In this document: piece after piece, positions 18,963-27,053 of the stretch
Layout: every line of letters starts with the position of its first letter
Position numbering within the stretch: position 1 is the stretch's first letter
DNA from: Candidatus Avelusimicrobium sp.
Lineage (GTDB): Bacteria; Elusimicrobiota; Elusimicrobia; Elusimicrobiales; Elusimicrobiaceae
Direction: 5' to 3'
Assembly (NCBI GenBank): GCA_045588685.1
Contig: JAZNEO010000178.1
Span: 1-32,206, forward strand
Length of the DNA stretch: 32,206 nucleotides
Notes under the pieces: generated by a model
The model's input: only the letters and a program-made list of their open reading frames with translations
Databases searched by the model: none
Told to the model about the DNA's origin: nothing
Made by a program: the position numbers and the translations under genes

Positions 18963-19705
18963 TGAAATACGGAGTCCTATCAGATATTCACGGTAATTTA
19001 GAAGCCTTTGAAGCGGTGTTGGGTTGTTTGCAACAGGCCGGCGTAGACCAATATATTTTTTGCGGAGATTTGGTGGGATACGGCCCCGATCCGGAAGCGT
19101 GCGTGCAAAAATACTTAGAATTATCTTCCGCCGGGAAGGCCATTGGGGTGCTAGGCAATCACGATGCCATTTTTGTCCACCCGGAACTACAGGAATATTT
19201 TAACACAGACGCACTTTTAGCACTGGATTGGAGTGCTCAACAACTAAGCAAAAAATCAATCCGCACGATTTCTTATCTGCCGGGAATTATTCAACAGGAA
19301 AATTTTGCCGTTGTACACGGCACGCCGCGCGATCCTATTAAGGAATATTTCTTTAGCAGTATGCAGTTTCACCATATGTATCAAAAGTGGAGCGGCCAAG
19401 TGCTGTTTGTGGGTCATACGCATGTTCCTTTTTTCATGTTTGGAGATGAACAAATGTGTCATGTGCACACAGTGATGCAACAGCAAACCCTTTTATTAGA
19501 TAAAAATGCACGTTATGTGATTAATCCGGGCTCTGTAGGAAAACCCCGCGATAATGATACCCGCGCTTCCTTTGGCATTTGGGACAGCGACCGGCAGGAA
19601 TTTCACTTTTTACGTCAATCTTACCCGTATGAAAAAACCCAAGCAAAAATGAAAGCGGCCGGCTTGCCTGAGCTATTAATTGAAAGTCTGGCGCTGGGAT
19701 TGTAA
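18962..19705 (+). CDS. Calcineurin-like metallophosphoesterase (YfcE-like)
   Basis: DIHGN, GDLVGYG, GNHD, VHG, GHTH, NPGSVG. TGATG overlap with the smc stop. Confidence 0.92.
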   Translation: MKYGVLSDIHGNLEAFEAVLGCLQQAGVDQYIFCGDLVGYGPDPEACVQKYLELSSAGKAIGVLGNHDAIFVHPELQEYFNTDALLALDWSAQQLSKKSIRTISYLPGIIQQENFAVVHGTPRDPIKEYFFSSMQFHHMYQKWSGQVLFVGHTHVPFFMFGDEQMCHVHTVMQQQTLLLDKNARYVINPGSVGKPRDNDTRASFGIWDSDRQEFHFLRQSYPYEKTQAKMKAAGLPELLIESLALGL

Positions 19706-19720
19706 AGATTGCTTACCAAT

Positions 19721-19744
19721 AAAAAACCTCGCTTTCGCGAGGTT
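19721..19744 (-). terminator. Intrinsic terminator on the tRNA strand, at the distal end of the array
   Basis: Minus strand aacctcgc-GAAA-gcgagg-tttttt. Confidence 0.75.
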
Positions 19745-19747
19745 AAA

Positions 19748-19780
19748 TGGTGGACCCGACGAGGACCCAACTTGCGATCT
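19748..19780 (-). repeat. Degenerate copy of the tRNA-Ala 3' half including an encoded CCA (att-like)
   Basis: tggtggacccgacgaggacccaacttgcgatct versus tRNA tggacccgacaaggatcgaacttgcgacct. Confidence 0.85.
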
Positions 19781-19877
19781 ATGCGCCATTTTAGGAAGCG
19801 AAATAGCGCCTGCTCGCAATCGCCCTGTCTGGTACAAAATTTAAAGCCCCTGTCTAACGACAGAGGCTTTTAAACTT

Positions 19878-19909
19878 TGGACCCGACAAGGATCGAACTT
19901 GCGACCTCC
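19878..19909 (-). repeat. Exact 32-bp copy of the tRNA-Ala 3' half (att-like)
   Basis: tggacccgacaaggatcgaacttgcgacctcc is identical to 20024-20055. Confidence 0.95.
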
Positions 19910-20023
19910 ACAGCCGCAACAGCACGGCAACGCGCCTGCGTTGGTCCTCAGTCATAATCCGTTGTTGGGCTTTCTTTTTACAAAATAAAACCCACCTTAC
20001 GGTGGGCTTCATTTTCTAAAAAG

Positions 20024-20096
20024 TGGACCCGACAAGGATCGAACTTGCGACCTCCTGCATGCCATGCAGGCGCTCTCCCAGCTGAGCTACGGGCCC
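20024..20096 (-). tRNA. tRNA-Ala(GGC), CCA not encoded
   Basis: GGGCCCGTAGCTCAGCTGGGAGAGCGCCTGCATGGCATGCAGGAGGTCGCAAGTTCGATCCTTGTCGGGTCCA: cloverleaf, G3-U70 pair, anticodon GGC. Confidence 0.98.
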
Positions 20097-20124
20097 GTAA
20101 AACGGGATTACTTGCTACCCATAT

Positions 20125-20153
20125 AGTATAGCAATTTTTTTTTCGTTTGCCAA
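20125..20153 (-). promoter_or_regulatory. Sigma70 promoter of tRNA-Ala
   Basis: Minus strand TTGGCA-17 nt-TATACT with an extended TG. Confidence 0.65.
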
Positions 20154-20175
20154 ATTTTCTTTTCCGATGTTCCGC

Positions 20176-21375
20176 TTATCCTAGTGCTTGTTTGACCGCT
20201 TCCAACACTTTTTGCGGCGTGATAGCGTGCATACAGCGGTTTGTTTCAAAGAGCGCGCATTTGCTCATCCAATCCGGCACAATACACATACATTCCCGGC
20301 ATTTGCCCGCCCGCAAATTGATATTGCGTTCGTACCCAAAGTATTTGACAGGCGTTGGGCCAAACATCACCACGGCACGTGTACTGGTTAAATTGGCCAG
20401 TTGTGTCATGCCGCTTTCCCCGTCTACATGCAGTAGCGCGCCTTCCAATATGTAAGGCAAATCCGCCACTTGGGTTTTGCCTACCAAACAGACATCTGCA
20501 AAATCAAACGGGACACTGTTGGAAGCTCCTAATTGCACGATTTGGATATCGGGAAATTGTTGCTTAAATAAGCGTCCGAATTGTTCCCAATGAGCGCGCG
20601 GCCAACAGCGCGTGGCGGCGCGGCCGTGCAAATCGGTATTTGTATTGGTGCCGTCGTGAATGGTGATATACTTTTTATTAGACAGTCCAAAAGACGTAAG
20701 CGTTTGGGCCAGTTTATCTAAATTAATTTCCAAAGGGACGCGATCATTTTGCCCCACCGAAACACCGGCCGTGAGCCCCATATTAGGAATGCGGGCCGAG
20801 CCGTACTCCATAGAAATTTGTGCCCACAATCCGTCCAAGTGCGGGGTATTGTTTGTAATGATGGCTAGTTTCTCTTGCAATTTTTGGGCTTTTCCCAAAG
20901 CAGGAACCCACTCGGGGGCCAATTGTTGCAGACGGGCTTTATCCATATGATCAAAATGGAAAGCATGACAGCCGGCTATGACTAAATCGTAGTCGCGCGG
21001 GTCATACGGTTGGGCAACATATCCATTGATGAGCCCGTCGGAAAATACCATATCTACCGCGGCTTGGTGGTCATAGCAAAAATAGAGTTGTGCCGTTGGC
21101 AATAACTCGTGCAATTGCGCCACAAACAGACGGGTCATGCATACATCTCCAATCCCGCCCCGTACGTGAATTAAAATCTTTAATTGGCTGGCAGGTTTCT
21201 GTACCGGTTTGTGTGTCAGCCGGTAACAAAATAATTTGAACTTTTGTTTCCATGCTTTGCGTTGTTGATGCAATTTTTGGGCCACGCGTACCAACGCGCT
21301 TTTCTTGCTGTACAGGTTGGCAAGTTCTTCCAGTTGGCATAATGCTAATTGAAATTCCGGTTCTGTCATTGCCAT
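20176..21375 (-). CDS. Glycosyltransferase family 9 (heptosyltransferase-like) with N-terminal helical extension
   Basis: IHVRGGIGDV, RCWPRAHW, LVGKTQVADL...LHVDGESGMTQLA...AVVMFGPT. Confidence 0.8.
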   Translation of the reverse strand: MAMTEPEFQLALCQLEELANLYSKKSALVRVAQKLHQQRKAWKQKFKLFCYRLTHKPVQKPASQLKILIHVRGGIGDVCMTRLFVAQLHELLPTAQLYFCYDHQAAVDMVFSDGLINGYVAQPYDPRDYDLVIAGCHAFHFDHMDKARLQQLAPEWVPALGKAQKLQEKLAIITNNTPHLDGLWAQISMEYGSARIPNMGLTAGVSVGQNDRVPLEINLDKLAQTLTSFGLSNKKYITIHDGTNTNTDLHGRAATRCWPRAHWEQFGRLFKQQFPDIQIVQLGASNSVPFDFADVCLVGKTQVADLPYILEGALLHVDGESGMTQLANLTSTRAVVMFGPTPVKYFGYERNINLRAGKCRECMCIVPDWMSKCALFETNRCMHAITPQKVLEAVKQALG

Positions 21376-21435
21376 ATCATGGACTCCTGGTCAATTTATG
21401 CTACAATTGTATCATATTCAGTAAAGGGAGACACT

Positions 21436-22404
21436 ATGGCAAAAAAGAATGCGATTTTCTTTTCGTGTAATCAACGCTTTTTATTTACGTTATGTGTGGC
21501 ATTGCTGAGTTTGAAAGAACATAACGCTAAGTTGTTGGAAAATACAGACGTGCTAGTATTTCAACAGGGATTTACAGAAGAAGATAAAGCCTTTGTCAAT
21601 AAAATCTTACCTTGTAAATTTACCGATTATAAATTTGCGGTAGAAACTGATTTTGAGAATATCAATTTTAAGCATTTTACACAGCTCACTTTTGCACGCT
21701 ACGAAATTTTTGATTTGCTAGACACCTATGCCAAAGTGCTCTATGTAGACGTGGATGTGATGATCGGCGGAGATTTATCTTACATCTTTGATAATTTCGG
21801 CAGTAAAGGCGGCGTGGCCATGTGTAAAGATACACAAAAGGGGCTTACGCTGATTACCAAAAATTTTGTCAAACCCCTGCCACAATATGATATGACCGTA
21901 CCTTGTTACAATGCGGGGGTAACATTGTTTACGGACCAAATCCCGCACCGAAAAGAACTTCGTATGTGGTGTTATAATAAGACAGCCGAGTGGCTGGAAA
22001 ATTTGGTTTGCCCGGACCAAGGGGTAGTCAATGTGATGTTGCAGGAATTTGATGTGCCGATAGAAGTGCTTCCGGATATTTGCAACTGTCTTCCTTCCAA
22101 CCCTAAATATTTGGATAAAGACTGCCACGATGTGCTGATTTATCATTGTGCCGGCGGCGGGGTACGCTTTTGGACGTACACCTATAATGCACCGTGGCAA
22201 AAGTACTACCAAGAATATTTGGCGATGGGTGGCAAGCCTCACACCGACAAAGAACATGCGTGGCTTAAGTTTATTAGAAAGTATGATTTGCAGCGTTTTG
22301 ATTTTTTTGAACGCTCTCCGGACCCGCAAATGCACCCGGCGCGCTTTTTGAAATATATTTTAACATGGCCGTATAAATACGTACGCCGCAAATGTTGTAA
22401 ATGA
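21436..22404 (+). CDS. Glycosyltransferase family 8
   Basis: GGGAG SD before ATG 21436; FARYEIF, VLYVDVD, YNAGV, PDQGVVN. Confidence 0.88.
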   Translation: MAKKNAIFFSCNQRFLFTLCVALLSLKEHNAKLLENTDVLVFQQGFTEEDKAFVNKILPCKFTDYKFAVETDFENINFKHFTQLTFARYEIFDLLDTYAKVLYVDVDVMIGGDLSYIFDNFGSKGGVAMCKDTQKGLTLITKNFVKPLPQYDMTVPCYNAGVTLFTDQIPHRKELRMWCYNKTAEWLENLVCPDQGVVNVMLQEFDVPIEVLPDICNCLPSNPKYLDKDCHDVLIYHCAGGGVRFWTYTYNAPWQKYYQEYLAMGGKPHTDKEHAWLKFIRKYDLQRFDFFERSPDPQMHPARFLKYILTWPYKYVRRKCCK

Positions 22405-22412
22405 GAGGGAAT

Positions 22413-23384
22413 ATGAAATCTATTTTAGTTATGGGCGGAGCCGGATACATCGGTTCGCATACCGTAAAACATTTAATAGAGCAAGGATATCGTTGCGTGG
22501 TGGCGGACAATTTGTCTAGCGGTCACCGGGAAGCGGTGCATCCACAGGCTGCTTTTGAGGAAGCGGATTTATTAGACCCGGTTTCTTTGGAGGCAGTTTT
22601 TTCGAAATATGATTTTGAAGCGGTGCTGCATTTTGCGGCATTTGCCAGTGTGGGCGAAAGTGTACAGGACCCGCAAAAATATTATCACAACAATGTGGTG
22701 GGGACGTGGAATTTGCTGAGCGTGATGTTACGTCACGGAGTGAAGAAAATCGTTTTTTCAAGCACTTGTGCTACCTATGGTGAACCGCAATACACTCCCA
22801 TAGATGAGAAACACCCGCAACATCCGATTAGTCCGTATGGACGTACAAAACTGGTGGTAGAAAATATCTTTGCCGATTATGCCAAAGCATATGGCCTAAA
22901 ATACATAGCACTACGGTATTTTAATGCGGCTGGGTGCGCCTGCGACGGATCTATCGGAGAATCTCATGACCCCGAAACGCATCTAATCCCGCTGGTCTTG
23001 CATACGATTATGGGCAAACGGCCGTGCCTAAAAATCTTCGGTACCGATTATCCTACGCCCGATGGCACCTGCCTGCGTGATTACATTCACGTAGAAGATT
23101 TGGCAGTGGCGCACCGGCTGGCTTTAGAAAAATTAGACAGCTATAGCGGATATATCAATTTGGGTACGGGCATTCAAACCTCTGTCAAAGAGATTATTAC
23201 CGCGGCTGAACAAGTAACCGGGAAAAAATGTCCGGTGGAAATTGCACCGCGCCGTGCTGGAGACCCGGCTGAATTATATGCCGCTAACGGCAAGGCCGAA
23301 GAAGTGCTAGGCTGGAAGCCAAAATATATGCTCAAGGATATTATTTCCACGGCGTGGCATTGGGAAGAGCATAAAAAGTATTAA
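22413..23384 (+). CDS. galE: UDP-glucose 4-epimerase
   Basis: GGAGYIGSH, VGESV, FSSTCATYG, PYGRTK, LRYFNAAG, TPDGTCLRDYIHV, RRAGDP. Confidence 0.95.
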   Translation: MKSILVMGGAGYIGSHTVKHLIEQGYRCVVADNLSSGHREAVHPQAAFEEADLLDPVSLEAVFSKYDFEAVLHFAAFASVGESVQDPQKYYHNNVVGTWNLLSVMLRHGVKKIVFSSTCATYGEPQYTPIDEKHPQHPISPYGRTKLVVENIFADYAKAYGLKYIALRYFNAAGCACDGSIGESHDPETHLIPLVLHTIMGKRPCLKIFGTDYPTPDGTCLRDYIHVEDLAVAHRLALEKLDSYSGYINLGTGIQTSVKEIITAAEQVTGKKCPVEIAPRRAGDPAELYAANGKAEEVLGWKPKYMLKDIISTAWHWEEHKKY

Positions 23385-23400
23385 GTTTTAAGAGCCCGTT

Positions 23401-23432
23401 AAAAACCCCCGCTTTAGTGAGCGGGGGTTTTT
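23401..23432. terminator. Bidirectional intrinsic terminator between galE and pfp
   Basis: aaaaacccccgct-ttagtg-agcgggggttttt, a perfect 13-bp stem. Confidence 0.92.
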
Positions 23433-23447
23433 GTCGTGTCTTACAGA

Positions 23448-25127
23448 TTATTTCTTACCGCCGCGTTCAAAGGCTAGCGTATAAGTAGTCATATCCGTGA
23501 TTTCGGCCGGACCGAAGTATTGGATCGGTCCCGGGAACAAATAGGATTCGCTCATGGCCCACAAACCACGTTGTTTGGCAAAGGCCTTAAAGACCGGTCC
23601 GTTGAGTTCTACTAAGGCTTTGCGGATAACCGGTTTTTCTTTGCCTTTGCGGCGTTCCATGTTCATCATCATGGTCAAAGGCACGCCGCCGCATTCCCAT
23701 TGAGTGGCTTTTTTGGTCAATTTGCGCACGGAGGATAAATAGCCCGTGCAGTTGTTGAGGGCCAACGCGGCCGCATTGAAACCTAAAGCGTACGTATAAT
23801 TGGCATCAAAGGTGGACGGCACTCCGCAGCGACCTTCGTAACCGAAGAAATGCGTAATGGTGGAAAATTTGCCATTATACTTGCCGGCTTTTTTCAGGGC
23901 GGCTAATTTAGTGCGCAACATATCAATTAACAGTTTTTCCGTTTCAATCAAAGAAACCTGTACATTGCCGTGCGGATCGCGGTCCAACATAAGTTGGGCG
24001 GCAATTCCTTCCGGCAGAGAGCTCATCAAATCGGCCAATTTCTTCGGCAGTTTGGAAATGATGAAGGCTTTCTTTTCCGCGACCGAATTCATTTTGCTGA
24101 GTGCGGCTTCATGGTCGGCCAGTAAGTCATTTAAGGCGGCAATCAGGGCCTTCATTTCCGGAATAAATTCAATCAATCCTTCCGGCACGAGCACTACACC
24201 AAAGTTTTTGCCTTGTTTGGCGCGCGCCGCAATAATGCCGGCCAAGTAATCAATGATTTGTTTCAAAGTCATTTTTTTGGCTAATACTTCTTCGCCGATT
24301 AAGGTAACATTAGGCTGGGTTTTGTGCGCTACTTCTAAGGTAATGTGAGAAGCACTGCGCCCCATTAAACGAATGAAGTGCCAGTATTTGCGGGCCGAAT
24401 TGACATCGCGGCAGATATTGCCCACCATTTCGGCATAGATTTTGGTGGCAGTATCAAAACCGAAAGAGGTTTCAATTTTGTCATTTTTCAGGTCCCCGTC
24501 GATAGTCTTGGGGACGCCGATGACACAAATGTCTGCTCCGTGGGCTTTAAAATATTCCGCCAATACGCCGGCATTGGTATTTGAATCATCTCCGCCGATA
24601 ATGACCAGCGCATTGAATTTATTTTTCTTCAAATTAGCCAATGCGGTAGCCAATTGTTCTTCTGTTTCGATTTTGGTGCGGCCCGATTGGATTAAATCAA
24701 ACCCGCCGGTATTGCGGTACCCTTCCATGAGTTTGGGGGTAATTTCTTTAAATTTATTGTCCAAAATGCCGCTCGGGCCCCCCAAAAAACCATACAATTT
24801 GTTTTTGGGATTGGTTTTTTTGAGTCCGTCTAACAGACCGGCAATGACGTTGTGCCCGCCGGGAGCTTGCCCGCCGGATAATACAACGGCGGCTTTGATA
24901 GCTTTTTTGCCGATAGCCGGGTTGGCCCCTTTTACAAAAGTGATTTCCGGCATGCCATAAGTGTGGGGGAACATTTTCTTTACTGCAGCTTGGTCAGCCA
25001 CGCTTTGGGTGGCTTTGCCTGCTTTGGGTTTAATAAAGCAAGCACCTTTTTTCAAGATTTCCGGCAGCACCGGTTTATAAGCGCAACGGTGCTGTTGCAA
25101 GGGAGAAACAGCGTTTTTATTTGCCAT
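23448..25127 (-). CDS. pfp: PPi-dependent phosphofructokinase (long clade)
   Basis: SGGQAPGGHNV, GGDDSNTNA (Asp typical of PPi-dependent enzymes), PKTIDGDLK, RLMGRSASH, GYEGR. Confidence 0.96.
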   Translation of the reverse strand: MANKNAVSPLQQHRCAYKPVLPEILKKGACFIKPKAGKATQSVADQAAVKKMFPHTYGMPEITFVKGANPAIGKKAIKAAVVLSGGQAPGGHNVIAGLLDGLKKTNPKNKLYGFLGGPSGILDNKFKEITPKLMEGYRNTGGFDLIQSGRTKIETEEQLATALANLKKNKFNALVIIGGDDSNTNAGVLAEYFKAHGADICVIGVPKTIDGDLKNDKIETSFGFDTATKIYAEMVGNICRDVNSARKYWHFIRLMGRSASHITLEVAHKTQPNVTLIGEEVLAKKMTLKQIIDYLAGIIAARAKQGKNFGVVLVPEGLIEFIPEMKALIAALNDLLADHEAALSKMNSVAEKKAFIISKLPKKLADLMSSLPEGIAAQLMLDRDPHGNVQVSLIETEKLLIDMLRTKLAALKKAGKYNGKFSTITHFFGYEGRCGVPSTFDANYTYALGFNAAALALNNCTGYLSSVRKLTKKATQWECGGVPLTMMMNMERRKGKEKPVIRKALVELNGPVFKAFAKQRGLWAMSESYLFPGPIQYFGPAEITDMTTYTLAFERGGKK

Positions 25128-25265
25128 AACAGCTCCTAAAGTAAAATATTTACTAAATTATAGCAAACTTATTTTCCTTCGTGGTATGCTAGGGGAAAAA
25201 GAAAAGCCTGTCAGAGCGTATAAATGGTACAATATGATTAGAAGCTATATAAGTACTGATTTAGA

Positions 25266-25294
25266 TTTACAAAAAACAAAACTTGTGCTAGAAT
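25266..25294 (+). promoter_or_regulatory. Sigma70 promoter of the rfbF operon
   Basis: TTTACA-17 nt-TAGAAT with an extended TG. Confidence 0.6.
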
Positions 25295-25364
25295 GAAAAG
25301 AGGTCGGCCCGCAGCTGGGATGTGGGCTGATGTCGTGGCTTTGAATAAGGAGAGGGTGAATATC

Positions 25365-26144
25365 ATGAAAGTATTGTTGCTGGCAGGTGGACTAGGAACA
25401 CGTTTGGGAGAGGAAACATCCTTACGTCCTAAACCAATGGTAGAGATCGGCGGATACCCCATTTTATGGCATATTATGAAACTTTATACGCACTACGGAT
25501 TTACGGAATTTATTGTCCTATGCGGTTATAAAAGCGAAGTAATCAAAGAGTATTTTCTGAACTACTATACCAACAACTCCGATGTAACTATTAATTTTTC
25601 TAATAATGAAGTCGACATTCATCGCACCTCCGCAGAACCTTGGAAAGTGACCATGATTTATACCGGCCGCAATAACATGACCGGCAGCCGTATCAAACAA
25701 GCCCGCCACTATGTAGGAAATCACCCGTTTATGTTAACCTACGGGGACGGCGTAGCGGATGTGGATATTAAAAAATTAGTGGAATGTCATAAAAAATCCG
25801 GCAAATTAACCACATTGACCGCGGTGCAACCTTCGGGTCGTTTTGGCGCGTTGAATATTGAAAGTGACGGCCAAATTACTCGTTTCCAAGAAAAACCGAA
25901 AGGAGACGGAGCCTGGGTTAATGGCGGATTTTTTGTATGTCAGCCGGAAGTGTTCGATTATATTCCCGATGGAGATCAGGTGATTTGGGAAAGAGAACCC
26001 TTGCAAAATTTAGCTAACGCCGGTCAACTTAATGCTTATAAACACAGCGGTTTTTGGCATCCGATGGACACCCTTAAGGACAAAATGGACTTAAATGCCC
26101 TGTGGGAACAAGGCAAAGCCCCGTGGAAATTGTGGGATAAATAA
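25365..26144 (+). CDS. rfbF: Glucose-1-phosphate cytidylyltransferase
   Basis: MKVLLLAGGLGTRLGEETSLRPKPMVEIG, FMLTYGDG, WVNGGFFV, FWHPMDTLKDK. Confidence 0.96.
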   Translation: MKVLLLAGGLGTRLGEETSLRPKPMVEIGGYPILWHIMKLYTHYGFTEFIVLCGYKSEVIKEYFLNYYTNNSDVTINFSNNEVDIHRTSAEPWKVTMIYTGRNNMTGSRIKQARHYVGNHPFMLTYGDGVADVDIKKLVECHKKSGKLTTLTAVQPSGRFGALNIESDGQITRFQEKPKGDGAWVNGGFFVCQPEVFDYIPDGDQVIWEREPLQNLANAGQLNAYKHSGFWHPMDTLKDKMDLNALWEQGKAPWKLWDK

Positions 26145-26153
26145 GGCGATTGT

Positions 26154-27053
26154 ATGGATAAGCGTGTTTTAATCACAGGTGGTACCGGATTTATCGGGCA
26201 ACAAGTAGTGCGCCAATTACTAGATAAAGGTTATGAAGTGCATAGCCTGGTTTATCCGCCTTTTGCTCCGGAGCAGAAGGGGCTGATTCAATATGAGATG
26301 AATATATTGGACAGTCAGGCGGTTAATACTTTTCTGACAGAACATAAATTTGAAAATTTAATCCACTTGGCGTGGTATGTGGGGAAAGGATGCCACGGCT
26401 CTGATTTGAATTTAGACTGGGTGGTGGCCACCTTTAACTTGCTTAAAAGCTTCAAAGAAAATGGCGGAAAACGCTTCCTTGGCGCGGGTACCATTTCGGA
26501 ATATGAGTATAAGTACGGTTATTTTACCGAAGATGTTACGCCTACCGATCCCGGTACTATGTACGGGAATGGCAAGAATTCCGTCTATCATTTAGCTAAG
26601 ATATTTTGCAAACAAAATAATATCGCTTTCAAATGGCCGCGGATTTTCAACCTATACGGTCCTAACGAAAAACCGCAACGCTTGATGCCGTCTGTGATGG
26701 TGTCTTGTTTGAAAGGAGAAGATGTTAAAGTAAGCGATTGTCTTAAATTCCAGGATTATCTGCATGTAGAAGATACTGCCCGCGGAATTGTGACGGTGTT
26801 TGAGTCTGATGTAAACGGGGCAGTAAACATTTGCTCTGGCAAACCGGTGCAACTGCGCTATATTGTGCAAAAAATTGCTGAAATGACAGATTTCAAAGGA
26901 AAAATTTTATGGGGTGCTATTGCGGCGGCATTTGGCGATGAGGTCGTAGTGGGAAATAATGCCAAATTGTTGTCTTTGGGATGGAAACCTAAATATACTT
27001 TAGAAGAAGGATTAAAACAAACTATTGAATGGTGGAAGGAGCATATAAAATGA
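26154..27053 (+). CDS. NAD-dependent epimerase/reductase (extended SDR), probable CDP-4-keto-6-deoxyhexose reductase
   Basis: ITGGTGFIG, HLAW, YGNGK (YxxxK), RIFNLYGP, DYLHVED; sits between rfbF and rfbG. Confidence 0.8.
   Translation: MDKRVLITGGTGFIGQQVVRQLLDKGYEVHSLVYPPFAPEQKGLIQYEMNILDSQAVNTFLTEHKFENLIHLAWYVGKGCHGSDLNLDWVVATFNLLKSFKENGGKRFLGAGTISEYEYKYGYFTEDVTPTDPGTMYGNGKNSVYHLAKIFCKQNNIAFKWPRIFNLYGPNEKPQRLMPSVMVSCLKGEDVKVSDCLKFQDYLHVEDTARGIVTVFESDVNGAVNICSGKPVQLRYIVQKIAEMTDFKGKILWGAIAAAFGDEVVVGNNAKLLSLGWKPKYTLEEGLKQTIEWWKEHIK

Noticed and set aside
15498-19705. SbcCD/Rad50-Mre11 or Wadjet-type defence system (SMC ATPase plus phosphoesterase)
   Set aside because: The ATPase has canonical Smc head motifs and a hinge rather than a CxxC zinc hook; the phosphoesterase is short and YfcE-like; no jet genes are present.
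19748-19970. Additional functional tRNA genes
   Set aside because: The fragments lack the 5' acceptor strand, D arm and anticodon arm, so no cloverleaf can form.
19748-20055. CRISPR array
   Set aside because: The repeats are tRNA 3' halves, the spacers are ~95-115 bp and structured, and no cas genes are present.
20135-20143. T9 tract in the tRNA promoter spacer and A7 tracts in GT genes as phase-variation sites
   Set aside because: Short A/T runs are common throughout this window, and all affected frames are intact.
23448-25127. pfp inside the glycan region as a dedicated PPi-recycling partner of RfbF
   Set aside because: It is an ordinary glycolytic enzyme with its own orientation and terminator; adjacency alone gives no support.
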